Positions 1 to 9,960 of a stretch of 64,000 nt of DNA are shown one piece after another; within the stretch, counting starts at the first letter, position 1; each line of letters begins with the position of its first letter. Made by a program: the position numbers and the translations under genes. The notes under the pieces were generated by a model. That model did no database searches, was not told where the DNA came from, and saw only the letters and a list, made by a program, of their open reading frames with translations. The DNA is from an uncultured Bacillota bacterium (GTDB lineage Bacteria > Sysuimicrobiota > Sysuimicrobiia > Sysuimicrobiales > Segetimicrobiaceae), in NCBI GenBank assembly GCA_963804645.1, contig CAWDRG010000013.1:23982-87981 (forward strand), written 5' to 3'.

Positions 1-1
1 G

Positions 2-973
2 CTGCGTGCGCTCCCCAAGATGAGTCCCAGTACGATCGACCGGCGCCTGCGCAGTCGGAAGCGCCAGATCCGCCGTCGGCTCTACGGCCGCACCAAGCCT
101 GGCACGTTGCTCAAGAGCCATATCCCCGTCCGCACCGAGCACTGGGACGTCACGGCCCCCGGCTTCGTGGAAGTCGACTTGGTCTCCCATTCCGGCAACT
201 CGGCCGTGGGGGACTTCCTCCAATCGCTCAACCTGACGGACATCCAGACGGGGTGGGTGGAGTCTCGGGCCCTCCTGAGCAAGACGCAGCGCGGCGTGCA
301 GCGGGCGCTCGCGGAGCTGCGGGCGGCGCTGCCCTTTGCGCTCCGCGGCCTCGATTCCGACAATGGCTCGGAGTTCATCAACACGGTGTTGTGGGAGTAT
401 TGCCGAGGGTCGAAGATCGAGTTCACCCGCAGCCGGCCCTACAAGAAAAACGACAACGCCCACGTGGAGCAGAAAAACTGGACCCACGTGCGCAAGCTGT
501 TGGGCTGGGACCGCTACGACTCCGCCGAGGCGCTCACGGCGATCAACGACCTCTACCGCCACGAACTGCGCCTGATGATGAACCTCTTTCAGCCGTCGGT
601 CAAGCTGGTCGGCAAGACGCGGGTCGGCGCCAAGGTCCACCGGACCTACGATCGCGCGCAAACGCCCGTGGATCGGCTCCTCGCCTCCAAACAGGGCGAT
701 CCGCGACAACTCCGGACCTTAGCGCGCCTGCGGGCCAAGATCGATCCCTTCGCCTTGGGGGCCGCCATCGATCGCAAGCTCGAGCGCATCTATCAGCTGG
801 CCAACCGGCGTCACAGTCCCCGCGCCAGCACCCCAGAGGCCAGCCCGGTCGACGCGCGGTTCCAGCCGCGCGCGCACCACTGGAACAACGACTGGTTGTT
901 TGCCAAGCGACAGGATCGTCGCGCCACCGCCGGTTCCGCGGTACTCGCCACGGCAAACGCGCCGGTGTCATGA
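2..973 (+). CDS. DDE integrase-core transposase (ISNCY/IS481-like), 5'-partial at window edge, C-terminus altered by inserted fragment
   Basis: EVDLVSH, LDSDNGSEFIN, FTRSRPYKKNDNAHVEQKN motifs; frame open from position 2. Confidence 0.85.
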   Translation: MRALPKMSPSTIDRRLRSRKRQIRRRLYGRTKPGTLLKSHIPVRTEHWDVTAPGFVEVDLVSHSGNSAVGDFLQSLNLTDIQTGWVESRALLSKTQRGVQRALAELRAALPFALRGLDSDNGSEFINTVLWEYCRGSKIEFTRSRPYKKNDNAHVEQKNWTHVRKLLGWDRYDSAEALTAINDLYRHELRLMMNLFQPSVKLVGKTRVGAKVHRTYDRAQTPVDRLLASKQGDPRQLRTLARLRAKIDPFALGAAIDRKLERIYQLANRRHSPRASTPEASPVDARFQPRAHHWNNDWLFAKRQDRRATAGSAVLATANAPVS

Positions 974-1447
974 TCGGTGCCCACGTTGACGAACCCGGCG
1001 TTGCGGCCGATGTCGTAAATCCCGTAGGGATACGCGCGCGGCACGGCGGGCCCGGGAAAGTCGTGGGTCTGCACGTGAATGGGCTGCTTGGCGGGCCGCC
1101 AGCGCTGACCGGCATTGTGGTAGCGGCCGAGCAGTTCTTTCTTCTTGGTGTCCACGGAAATCACGGGCCAGCCGTGCGCCAAGGACTTCTTCACCGCGGC
1201 GTTGATGAACCGAAACTGCGCATCGCGGTCGGGATGGTCCGTGCCCTCCTCGGTCTTGCGCGTTCCCTGCAGGCTATAGTCCAGCTCGTGCAGCAGCTGC
1301 GCGACCTTCATATGGCTCACCAAGTGGTGGTGCCGGCCCAGTGCTTGGGCAATGGCCCGCGTACTCTGGCAGATCCAGCGCAGGGGCGACTCTGGATCGC
1401 CTCGCGTTTGCCCCTCAATCATCGCCTCCAAGGCCGGTACGAGGCGC
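944..1447 (-). pseudogene. internal fragment of ISAzo13-family transposase
   Basis: TRGDPESPLRW, HPDRDAQF, ISVDTKKKEL, HDFP, PYGIYD, DHDTGAFAVAS; similarity ends abruptly at both sides. Confidence 0.85.
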
Positions 1448-1505
1448 GTAAGAACTTAAATGACCTGACGATACCCTCTCCGGTAAGGTTCTTTAATGAC
1501 TTGAC
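1448..1505 (+). repeat. two imperfect direct repeats, probable right end of the ISNCY-like element
   Basis: GTAAGAACTTAAATGACCTGAC (1448-1469) vs GTAAGGTTCTTTAATGACTTGAC (1483-1505); AT-rich in GC-rich background. Confidence 0.6.
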
Positions 1506-1527
1506 ACGTGTCACCGCACGCGGCGGC

Positions 1528-2526
1528 TCACCCGCCGTCGGGCCGCGCCTCCACCACCCTCGCGTGGATGAGACCCTCGGGCGTTCGGGTCTCGACTTCC
1601 ACCTCCGCCACGACGGCCGGCTTGACCCAGTGGGGCGCGGGCCCGGTTAGCGGAGCGCCGTGTGCGTCCGCCAGCGCCGGCTTCGGCACAAAGGGACAGG
1701 TCTTCCGCCCGAGCGCCTTGAGGAGCGGCTCGAGATCGTGGCGCACCTCGTCCGACTCAACGTCCGCGAGCCCCGCGTACCGGAGCCGGCGGTCGGTGTC
1801 GAACCGTCCTACGATCAGCCGCTCGAGCCGGCGGCGCGGCCCGCGCAGGAAGCCGCCAACCACCAACTCCTCGCGCGGACGCGCCGGAATCTTGATCCAG
1901 TCGGGCGAGCGCGCGCCGGGCTGGTACGCGCTGCCCCGACGCTTGGCCACCACGCCCGGGAGTCCGAGACGAACCGACTGGCGAAACAGCACGCGTCCGT
2001 CCACACCCTCGAGCGGATCGGTGATCCGCACGCCCTCCCCATCGACCGCCGGCTTGAGCGCCCGCAGCGCATCGCGTCGAAACTCGAGCGGGCGCTCCAA
2101 CAGCGTGTGGCCGTGGACGTAGAGACAATCGAACGCCATGTACACGAGCGGGACGCCGGCGACGGACGGCCGCGACCCGAGCGCGACGCGTGGGACGTCG
2201 GCGTTCGGCATCCCGCGGGCGTCGAGCGCCACCACCTCTCCATCAAGGATCAGCGACGCTGGACACCCGCGGCACGCCCGCGCGATCGTGGGGAGGGACG
2301 CGGTCACGTCGCGCCGGTCCTGGTCCCACAACCGCACCCGGCCGTCGCGGACCTCCGCGAGCACGCGGCGCCCGTCCCACCCCGGCTCGTAGAGCCAGTC
2401 CGGGCTGTTGAACGCGTGACGGCCGAGCGTGGCGACCATCGGCCGAAGCGCCGAGGGAAACGGGTCCTCCCCGTGGGCGCCCAGCCCGAGGCGGGACAGC
2501 GCGCGGGCCAGCGTGAGCAGCAGCAT
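1528..2526 (-). CDS. LigD-type ATP-dependent DNA ligase homolog (NTase + OB domains) with degenerate catalytic motifs
   Basis: WLYEPGWDGRR, LDGEVV, AFDCL, GVVAKR..S.YQPG.RS.DWIK, WVKPAVVAEV. Confidence 0.85.
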   Translation of the reverse strand: MLLLTLARALSRLGLGAHGEDPFPSALRPMVATLGRHAFNSPDWLYEPGWDGRRVLAEVRDGRVRLWDQDRRDVTASLPTIARACRGCPASLILDGEVVALDARGMPNADVPRVALGSRPSVAGVPLVYMAFDCLYVHGHTLLERPLEFRRDALRALKPAVDGEGVRITDPLEGVDGRVLFRQSVRLGLPGVVAKRRGSAYQPGARSPDWIKIPARPREELVVGGFLRGPRRRLERLIVGRFDTDRRLRYAGLADVESDEVRHDLEPLLKALGRKTCPFVPKPALADAHGAPLTGPAPHWVKPAVVAEVEVETRTPEGLIHARVVEARPDGG

Positions 2527-2652
2527 GCCGAAGAGGATTCACGCGCGGCACCCTCCGGGCCTGCCTCGGGCCCGACAGGGAGCCGTTCCCCGCGGCGCCG
2601 AAGAGTGGCACCGAGGCGGCGCGGACCGCCGGCTCGGCAAGGGAGGCGGACG

Positions 2653-3411
2653 ATGGAACGTCCCGGTGTGTTCCTGGAAGCCCTTACGTGGGACGAAGCG
2701 GCGCCGCTACTCGCCGGCGACCCGCTCGTTGTGCTGCCCATCGGCGCGGCGGCAAAAGAGCACGGGCCGCACCTGCCCCTCGGGACCGACCGCCTGCTCG
2801 CGGACTATCTCGCGGCGCGGCTCGCCGAGCGGGTGCGCGCCGTCATCCTCCCCACCCTCACCTACGGCTACTATCCGGCGTTCACCGAGTTTCCCGGCAG
2901 CACCCACCTGGAGGCCGAGACGTTCGGGGCGGTGGTCCGCGACATTCTGCTGTCCGTGCACCGGCACGGACCGCGGCGCTTTCTCATCCTCAACACCGGG
3001 ATCTCGACGACCCCCGTGCTGGACGTCGTCGCGCGCGATCTCAACCGGCTACATGGCCTGTTCGTCGGCGTGACGCGCATCGAGGACCTCGGCGCCCGGG
3101 ACATCGAGGGGCTGCTCACGCAGCCGGCGGGGAGCCACGCCGACGAGTACGAGACATCGCTGATGCTGGTCGTCGCCCCCGACGCGGTGCGGTCCGACCG
3201 CCTGGTCCGCGAGATCGGGGAGCGCCCCCGCGTCCGCGGGCTGATCGCGCCCGAGGCATTCCGCCGCGCCCCGGGGCCGGGGCACTCCAAGACCGGCGTC
3301 TACGGGGACGCCACGCTCGCCACGCGCGACAAGGGGGAGCGGATCGCCGCGGCCCTCATGCGCGCCCTGGTCGAGGCGGCCGAGTACGTGCGCACGGCGC
3401 CGCTCGCGTGA
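2653..3411 (+). CDS. creatininase-family amidohydrolase
   Basis: LTW, KEHGPHLPLGTD, HADEYETS, TGVYGD; ATG after GGGAGG. Confidence 0.9.
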   Translation: MERPGVFLEALTWDEAAPLLAGDPLVVLPIGAAAKEHGPHLPLGTDRLLADYLAARLAERVRAVILPTLTYGYYPAFTEFPGSTHLEAETFGAVVRDILLSVHRHGPRRFLILNTGISTTPVLDVVARDLNRLHGLFVGVTRIEDLGARDIEGLLTQPAGSHADEYETSLMLVVAPDAVRSDRLVREIGERPRVRGLIAPEAFRRAPGPGHSKTGVYGDATLATRDKGERIAAALMRALVEAAEYVRTAPLA

Positions 3412-3426
3412 CCCGCCCGGCGCCGC

Positions 3427-4254
3427 TCACCCGTGCGGGATAGGTGCGGCCGGCCCGGTCGCGGCCCGCCACGCCCCAATGAACTCGACCATCGCGACGA
3501 CGTAGGCGTCGAACAGCTCCTTCCCGCGTTCGACGGTGCCCTTCTTCGGATCCCCGTACGTGATGCAACCGTTCGACGAGATCTCGTGCACCGGCGGCAG
3601 GCCGAGGGTGATGTACCGCAAGAGCCCGGGATCGTCCCGCACCTGGCGCAGCAGCGCCTCGCGCCACGGGTCGAGCGTCATCGTCGGCTGCTCCAGGTGG
3701 GCGGACCGCACCAGGTGCGGCTGCTGGTACAGCATGCTCGACGTCTCGCCGATCCCGGCGTGGATGTCGAGCTTGTCGATCTCCGCGGTGAGATAGATCT
3801 TCCGGAGCTCCGCGATCCCGAACAGGAGGGCCGAGGCCTCGGTCTCCTTCGTGATCCGGTACGCGAGGTAGGCGAGCGCGGCCTCGTTCCCGCCGTGCCC
3901 GTTCGCGAGCAGGATCCGCCGGAACCCGTGGGACGCGAGCGACGCCGCGGATTCCATCACGACCCGCCCGAACGTCTCCTCCGACAGCGTGATCGTGCCG
4001 GGAAACTTCATGTGGTGGCTGGACAGCGCCGGGAACAGCACCGGCGCGCACAGCGCGTCGGCCTCGCGGGCGGCCGCCCGCGCCACCGCGATCACCCCGA
4101 GCGTGTCGGTCCCGATCGGCAGCGCGGGGCCGTGCTGTTCGATCGCGCCGAACGGGAGGATCGCGACGTCGGTGCGCCGCCGCAGCGCATCGACCTCCGG
4201 CCACGTGAGGTGGGGCAAATAGTGCGCGTCCTTCTCTTCACGCAGTGTACACAT
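3427..4254 (-). CDS. creatininase-family amidohydrolase
   Basis: EQHGPALPIGTD, FPGT, NGHGGN, HAGIGETS. Confidence 0.9.
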   Translation of the reverse strand: MCTLREEKDAHYLPHLTWPEVDALRRRTDVAILPFGAIEQHGPALPIGTDTLGVIAVARAAAREADALCAPVLFPALSSHHMKFPGTITLSEETFGRVVMESAASLASHGFRRILLANGHGGNEAALAYLAYRITKETEASALLFGIAELRKIYLTAEIDKLDIHAGIGETSSMLYQQPHLVRSAHLEQPTMTLDPWREALLRQVRDDPGLLRYITLGLPPVHEISSNGCITYGDPKKGTVERGKELFDAYVVAMVEFIGAWRAATGPAAPIPHG

Positions 4255-4257
4255 CGC

Positions 4258-5193
4258 TCACTCCCCCGTCCGTGTGCCCCGGTCCACCGGGGCAAACAGC
4301 GTGTTGAGGTCTTGGACCTCTCCGAGCAGCCCCTGCTCTCTCTGATAGCGCATCAACTGCGCGAGCGACCGCTGGTTGGCCGCGCCGAGGTCGTAGGGAA
4401 ACGCGTCGCCGAACAGCCGCTCCTGGTCCTCGAGCGCGGCCCGGCCCCACACGAGGCCGGTCGCGTACGGCTGCCGGAGCGCGCGGGCGGCGAGCGCCTT
4501 CGCGCGCGCGAACGCGTCGTAGAGCTCCTGCGGCAGCGACGGCCGCCGGTCGACCGCCGAGCGGGCCAGCGCGACCACGTGCATGATCGGATACACGCCG
4601 GTGGTGACGTACAGGTCGCGCTCGACGGGCTCGAACGCGGGAAACAGCCGGGCGACCCTCCCGTCCTCAAACGCCTGCGGCACGTCCGGCGAGATCACCC
4701 CGTCGAGGGCGCCGCGGGCGAGCAGGTCCCACAGATCGGCCCCGGGGCGCTCCTCGACCGCGAGCGGAGACGCGTGCGGGACGATCTCGCGGCCCGCCCG
4801 GACCCACGTCACGGCGTCCATCGGGACCCCGAGGTGGTGGTGCAGATCCCCGCGCGCCACCACCGACATCGTGAACTGGAGGCTGTACACACCGATCCGG
4901 CCGCCGTGCAGGTCCGAGGGTCGGGTGATGCCCCGGCGCACGTACACGCACGACGGACCGAACAGGCGCCGCGGGAACACCGGGACCGCGGTCAGCGCGG
5001 CACCCCGGGCGCGGGCCAGTACATACGACGACATCGACAGCTCGGCGGCGTCGTACGCGCCTTCGAGCAGCATCCGCTCGTGGCGGGGTCCCGAGCCGAC
5101 GACCACGGTCGAGACGTCCGGCAGCGGCACGCGCCCGTCTAGCAGCGGCCGGGTCAGCTCGTACGCCTCGAGCGCGAGGGTGACCGTCATCAC
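4258..5193 (-). CDS. 4,5-dihydroxyphthalate decarboxylase-like protein (PBP2 fold)
   Basis: YELTRPLLDG, ELSMSSY, PVFPRRLF, TGVYPIMHVV, QLMRYQREQGL; no signal peptide. Confidence 0.8.
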   Translation of the reverse strand: MMTVTLALEAYELTRPLLDGRVPLPDVSTVVVGSGPRHERMLLEGAYDAAELSMSSYVLARARGAALTAVPVFPRRLFGPSCVYVRRGITRPSDLHGGRIGVYSLQFTMSVVARGDLHHHLGVPMDAVTWVRAGREIVPHASPLAVEERPGADLWDLLARGALDGVISPDVPQAFEDGRVARLFPAFEPVERDLYVTTGVYPIMHVVALARSAVDRRPSLPQELYDAFARAKALAARALRQPYATGLVWGRAALEDQERLFGDAFPYDLGAANQRSLAQLMRYQREQGLLGEVQDLNTLFAPVDRGTRTGE

Positions 5194-5206
5194 AGCACCC
5201 CGGCGC

Positions 5207-6115
5207 TCACACGACGCCCCGCCGCCGGCGGGGATCCAGGAGGATCGCCAGCGCTTCCCCGACCAGGTTGAACGAGATGATCGTCAGCGACAGCGCCGTC
5301 GCCGGAACGATCACGAGCTGCGGGTGCGTGCGCAGGTACTGGAAGCCCTCGAAGATCATCTGCCCCCAGCTGGGCCGCGGCGGCTGCACGCCGATCCCGA
5401 TGAACGACAGCGTCGCCTCGGCGAGAATGAGGAAGCTCACGTCGAGGGTCGCGCGGATGATCAGCAGGTGCACGACGTTCGGGACGATGTGGCGCACGAG
5501 AATCCGCGGCACCGACGCGCCGACCGCGCGCGCGCCGTCCACGTACTCCCGCTCGCGGATCGACACGACCTCGCTGCGGATCAGGCGCGCGGTGGCCGGC
5601 CACGCGGTCATGATCAGCGCGATCACGATGTTGATGAGCGTCGGGCCGAAGATGCCGGTGATGAGCACCGCGAGCAGGATCGTCGGGAAGCCGATCAGGA
5701 GATCGACGATCCGCATCAGCACCTGATCGACGGTGCCCCCGTAGAACCCGGCGACGGTGCCCCACGCGATCCCGAGCAGCGACTCGCCCGCGACCGCGGA
5801 CAGCCCGACGCCCAGCGACACCCGCGCGCCGTAGACGACCCGGGTGAAGGTGTCGCGCCCGAACTGGTCCGTCCCGAGCCAGTGCGCCGCGCTCGGGCCG
5901 CGGAACAGGCTGTCCAGATCCTCGCTGTCGTACGCGTACCGCGAGAGGGTGGGTCCGACCGCGGCCAGGAAGATGATGACGAGCAGCAGCACGAGGCCCG
6001 CCGCGGCCAACCGGTCGTGCCGGGCGAAGCGGATGAGCCGCTCCCATCCGCCCGGCGGCGTCGCGCCCGCGCCGCGGACCGCGTCAGTATCGGATGCGGG
6101 GGTTGAGGTAGGCAT
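5207..6115 (-). CDS. peptide/nickel ABC transporter permease (DppC-like)
   Basis: HWLGTDQFGRD, EYVDGARAVG, SFIGIG..PP.PSWG. Confidence 0.92.
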   Translation of the reverse strand: MPTSTPASDTDAVRGAGATPPGGWERLIRFARHDRLAAAGLVLLLVIIFLAAVGPTLSRYAYDSEDLDSLFRGPSAAHWLGTDQFGRDTFTRVVYGARVSLGVGLSAVAGESLLGIAWGTVAGFYGGTVDQVLMRIVDLLIGFPTILLAVLITGIFGPTLINIVIALIMTAWPATARLIRSEVVSIREREYVDGARAVGASVPRILVRHIVPNVVHLLIIRATLDVSFLILAEATLSFIGIGVQPPRPSWGQMIFEGFQYLRTHPQLVIVPATALSLTIISFNLVGEALAILLDPRRRRGVV

Positions 6116-7004
6116 ACGACACGTCGACCGCCAGGTTCACGATGGAGAACAGGCCGGTGTAGACCAGTACCCCGGCCTGCAGCACCGTGTAGTCGCGCTG
6201 CAGAATCGCGTTGATCGTGACCCGGGCGATGCCCGGGATGTTGAACAGGATCTCGACGACGAACGCCCCGACGATCGCGTTGCCGAACGCGAGGCCGATC
6301 GTCGTCACCACGGGCAGCGCCGCGTTCCGCAGCACGTGGCGGAACAGCACGCGGCGCGCCTGCAAGCCCTTGCCGTGCGCCGTGCGGACATAATCCTCCA
6401 GCAGCACTTGGCCGACGCTGGAGCGCGCGATTCGCGCGATGAACGCGAGCGGGGCGATCGACAGCACCGCGACCGGCAGCACGTAATTTTGGGGCAGCCC
6501 CCACCCCGCGACCGGCAGCACTGGCCACCGCAGCGCGAACAGGTACACAAACACGGCCGCGCTCACGAAGCTCGGGACGGACAGCCCGAGCACCACCCCG
6601 ACCTGGATTGCGTGGTCGACCAGCGGCCAGCGCGTCGTCGACGCCGCGATGCCGAGCAGCGTCCCGGCGATCGCGGCGACGAGCACCGCGAGGGTGGCGA
6701 GGCGCAGGCTGATCGGCAGCGCGTGCCCCACGAGATCGCTCACCTGCAGGCTGGGATTGACGTAGGACGTGCCGAAGTCGAGGTGCGCCAGCCCGGCCAC
6801 GTACCGTCCGAACTGCACCGCGAGCGGACGGTCCAGCCCGAGCTGGTGGCGGAGCACCGCGGCCGTACCGGGGTTGTACCGGTCTCCCAGCATCGTCTCC
6901 ACCGGGTCGCCGGGGGCGAGATGGCCGGCGAGAAAGATCAGCAGCGCCGCGCCGAGGAACAGCGGGATCGCCAGGCCGATGCGGTACGCGACATACCGGA
7001 GCAT
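6084..7004 (-). CDS. peptide/nickel ABC transporter permease (DppB-like)
   Basis: PGDP, LGLDRPL, DYVRTAHGKGL, HVLRNA. Confidence 0.92.
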   Translation of the reverse strand: MLRYVAYRIGLAIPLFLGAALLIFLAGHLAPGDPVETMLGDRYNPGTAAVLRHQLGLDRPLAVQFGRYVAGLAHLDFGTSYVNPSLQVSDLVGHALPISLRLATLAVLVAAIAGTLLGIAASTTRWPLVDHAIQVGVVLGLSVPSFVSAAVFVYLFALRWPVLPVAGWGLPQNYVLPVAVLSIAPLAFIARIARSSVGQVLLEDYVRTAHGKGLQARRVLFRHVLRNAALPVVTTIGLAFGNAIVGAFVVEILFNIPGIARVTINAILQRDYTVLQAGVLVYTGLFSIVNLAVDVSYAYLNPRIRY

Positions 7005-7019
7005 GCGGGGGTCGGGCCG

Positions 7020-7049
7020 CGGCGGCCGGGGCGGGTGCCCCGGCCGCCG
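7020..7049 (-). promoter_or_regulatory. intercistronic 13-bp GC stem-loop after the binding-protein gene
   Basis: CGGCGGCCGGGGC-GGGT-GCCCCGGCCGCCG perfect inverted repeat; no U-tract. Confidence 0.55.
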
Positions 7050-7055
7050 GGCGGG

Positions 7056-8652
7056 TTACTTGACGATGGTCACCTTCGTGAACGGCAGCCAGCCGTTGAC
7101 GGCGGGCGAGGTCTGCAGGCCCTGGACGTAGGGCTTCTTCAGATAGGCGAAGTTCGAAAAGAACATCGGGACCATCGGCGCGTCGGTCACCGCGAGCGCC
7201 TCCGCCTGGTGGTACAGGGCGGTCCGCTGCGCCTCGGTCGGCGCGGCGTTCGCCTGGTCGACCAGCTTGTCAAATTCCGGGCTCATGTAGTTCACCCGGT
7301 CGATCGGCGACTTGCTGTACAGGAGCGCGTCCAGGTAGTCGCTGTAGTCGAGGTAGTCCGCGGCCCACCCGGTCATGAACGACTGGTACACCGTGCGCTT
7401 GTTCAGGTTGGCGATGAAGTTCGAGAACTCGGTGCGCTGCAGCTGCACGTCGACGCCGAGGTTCTGCTTGAGCATCGCCGCGACCGGCTCCGCCTCCATC
7501 TGCGCCACCGGACCGAACGGGTTCATCGCGATCTGCAGCGGCGGAAGCTTGCCCGGTGACGCCCGCCTCGTCCAGGAGCTTCTTCGCCCCCGCGGGGTCG
7601 TACGGCAGCCCCTTGTACCCCTGATAGAAGCCCGGGATCCCGGGCGGCACGATCGCGTTCGCCGGCGTGTAGAACCCGAAGAAGACCGTCTGGGCGATCT
7701 TCGCCTTGTCGATCGCCATCGCAAAGGCGCGCCGCACCCGGACGTCCTGGAACGGCGGGTACGCGCGCGGGTTGAGGCCGAGGAACAGCACCTGGGCGCG
7801 CGTGTAGACGAGCAGCTGCTGCTTCAGCGTCGGGTCCGTGCTGATCCGCTGGAAGTCGCCGAGCGGCACCGGGACGAAGTCGAGTTGGCCGGACAGGTAC
7901 TCGGACAGCTGCGTGCTGCTGTCGACCACGATCGGTACGTCCACGCCCGCGATCTTCGGCGCGCCCTGATAGTACTTCGGGAAGCTCATCAGCGTGATGT
8001 GGTCGTTGTGCGCCCACTCCTTGAACACAAACGGGCCCGACCCGGCGTCCTGGGTCGCAAACCAGCTGGTGCCGCCCCGCTCGATGACGTTCCGGTCGGC
8101 GACCACGGCGGCATAGTAGGCGAGCCGGTTGAGGAAGCCCCCGCGCCGGTCCGGGTTGAGCGTGATGACCAGGGTGAGCGGATCCGGTGCGGCGATGCCC
8201 GCGATGCCGGGCGCGCCCGCCGCGTACGCGTCGTAGCCCTGAATCCCGGTGACGACGAAGTCCCCGACCGGCGGCTTCAGCGCCGGGCTGCTCATGCGCT
8301 CGAACGACCACTTCCAGTCCGCCGCGGCGACCTTCCGGCCGCTGTGGAAGTACATGTTGTCGCGCAGATGGAACGTGTAGATGAGGCCGTTGGGAGAAAT
8401 GTCCCAGCTCCTGGCGGCCGCCGGCAGGAGCTTGCCGGTGCTGTCGAGCGAGACCAGCGTATCGTACATCAGGAAGACGATCGGCGCGGACGACGAGTCG
8501 ATCGCGAAGTACGGATCGAGCGTCGGCGGCTCCCCGCCGAGCGGCGTCCGGAACGTCGGCGGCGCCTGGCCGAGGGCGGACCCCGCCCAGGGGCCGACGG
8601 CCACCGCCACCACCAGCGCAAGACACATCCCCGTGCACAGCCGTCGGATCAT
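7056..8652 (-). CDS. peptide ABC transporter substrate-binding protein (DppA/OppA-like) with one frameshift near 7553
   Basis: signal peptide, EPPTLDP, GSGPF, DVRVRRAFAMAID in one frame; KLPPL...GWAADYLD in the other; removing one G joins them. Confidence 0.85.
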
Positions 8653-8736
8653 GGGACCCCTCCCCTGCGTCGCGTATCCCGTGAAGGTTCGAATCGCGCG
8701 GCCCCGGTCCCTGCCGCACCGGGCGTCGACTCGCGC

Positions 8737-9960
8737 TTACGTGGTCCAGGTCACAATCGGCGAGTTCGTCAGCCGCTCGCACCCCGTGTCGGTGATCACG
8801 AGCGTGTCCTCGACGACCCCGGTCCCGAGACCCTCCATGACGACCATCGGCTCGTACGCCACAGTCATCCGGGGACGCAGGACCGTCGTGCTGCCGGCGT
8901 ACAGACCCGGGACCTCGATCACCGACATCCCGATGCCGTGCCCAAACCCGCCGGCACAGTAGTAGGGCTCATACGGGGTCCCCGCGACGACCCGGAGCAG
9001 CCCGCGGGAGACGTCATCGATCGTGGCGCCCGGCCGGACATGCTCGAGGCCGGCGTGGTACAGCGCCAGCCCGATCTCGAGCAGCGCGCGCGGCGCGCCC
9101 GCGGCCCGGCCCACGGCGGTGCACCGGCTCGTGTCGGTGCAGTATCCGCCGAACGCGGCGCCGAGATCGAGAAACACCAACTCCCCGTCGCGCAGCGCCC
9201 GCCGGCGCGGCACGCCGTGCTTCAATCCCGCCTGGGCGCCTCCGACGACGCACGTCGCGAAGGCCTCCCGGGCGCCGCGCGCGTGCAGCTGCTCAACGGC
9301 CCCGGCGGCCACCACGGTCTCCTCCACCCCCGCCGCCACCCGGCCGAGCGCGGCGGTCATGGCCTCGTCGGCGATCGCGCCCCCCTGCCGCATCACCGCG
9401 ATCTCCTCGTCGCTCTTCTCGACGCGCACGACCGCGAGCACGTCGTCCGCCGCGACGAGCGACGGCAGGCGCGAGGTGAGCGCGGCGTAGATCGGGTGCG
9501 GCACGATCGACGTCCCGACGAGACCCACGGGCCGGGCCGCGCCCACGGCGTCGGCCGCGAGCAGCGCGACCTGATCGGCGACGCCGCCGTAGACGGGGCC
9601 GAGCGCGATGCGCACGTCCGGGACCCGGCACATCCAGATCATGGAGTGCATCGGCTCGCCGTGCAGGATGGAGTCGGTGGCCAGGATCACGCGGCCGTCG
9701 GCGTGGACCACCGCGAACGCGCTCCCGAACACGGGCGCGAAGTTCGTCAGGTAGGTGACGGCCGAGGGCGCCCCCGCGCTCCCATACACGACGAGCGCCC
9801 CGAGGCCGGCGCGCGCCATCGCCCGGCAGACCGCCCCCACGCGGCGGTCGTACTCCGCGTCGGAAAACGGCTGGACCAGATACGGCCGGCGCGCCTCCAA
9901 ATCATACGCCACCCGCGGCTGATAGGTGCTGCCCTCGTGGGCCGGCGTGGGGGCCGTCAT
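8737..9960 (-). CDS. M24-family (Xaa-Pro peptidase/creatinase-like) hydrolase
   Basis: KSDEEIA, DLG..GYCTDTSR, GHGIG, YEP, VEDT metal ligands. Confidence 0.88.
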   Translation of the reverse strand: MTAPTPAHEGSTYQPRVAYDLEARRPYLVQPFSDAEYDRRVGAVCRAMARAGLGALVVYGSAGAPSAVTYLTNFAPVFGSAFAVVHADGRVILATDSILHGEPMHSMIWMCRVPDVRIALGPVYGGVADQVALLAADAVGAARPVGLVGTSIVPHPIYAALTSRLPSLVAADDVLAVVRVEKSDEEIAVMRQGGAIADEAMTAALGRVAAGVEETVVAAGAVEQLHARGAREAFATCVVGGAQAGLKHGVPRRRALRDGELVFLDLGAAFGGYCTDTSRCTAVGRAAGAPRALLEIGLALYHAGLEHVRPGATIDDVSRGLLRVVAGTPYEPYYCAGGFGHGIGMSVIEVPGLYAGSTTVLRPRMTVAYEPMVVMEGLGTGVVEDTLVITDTGCERLTNSPIVTWTT

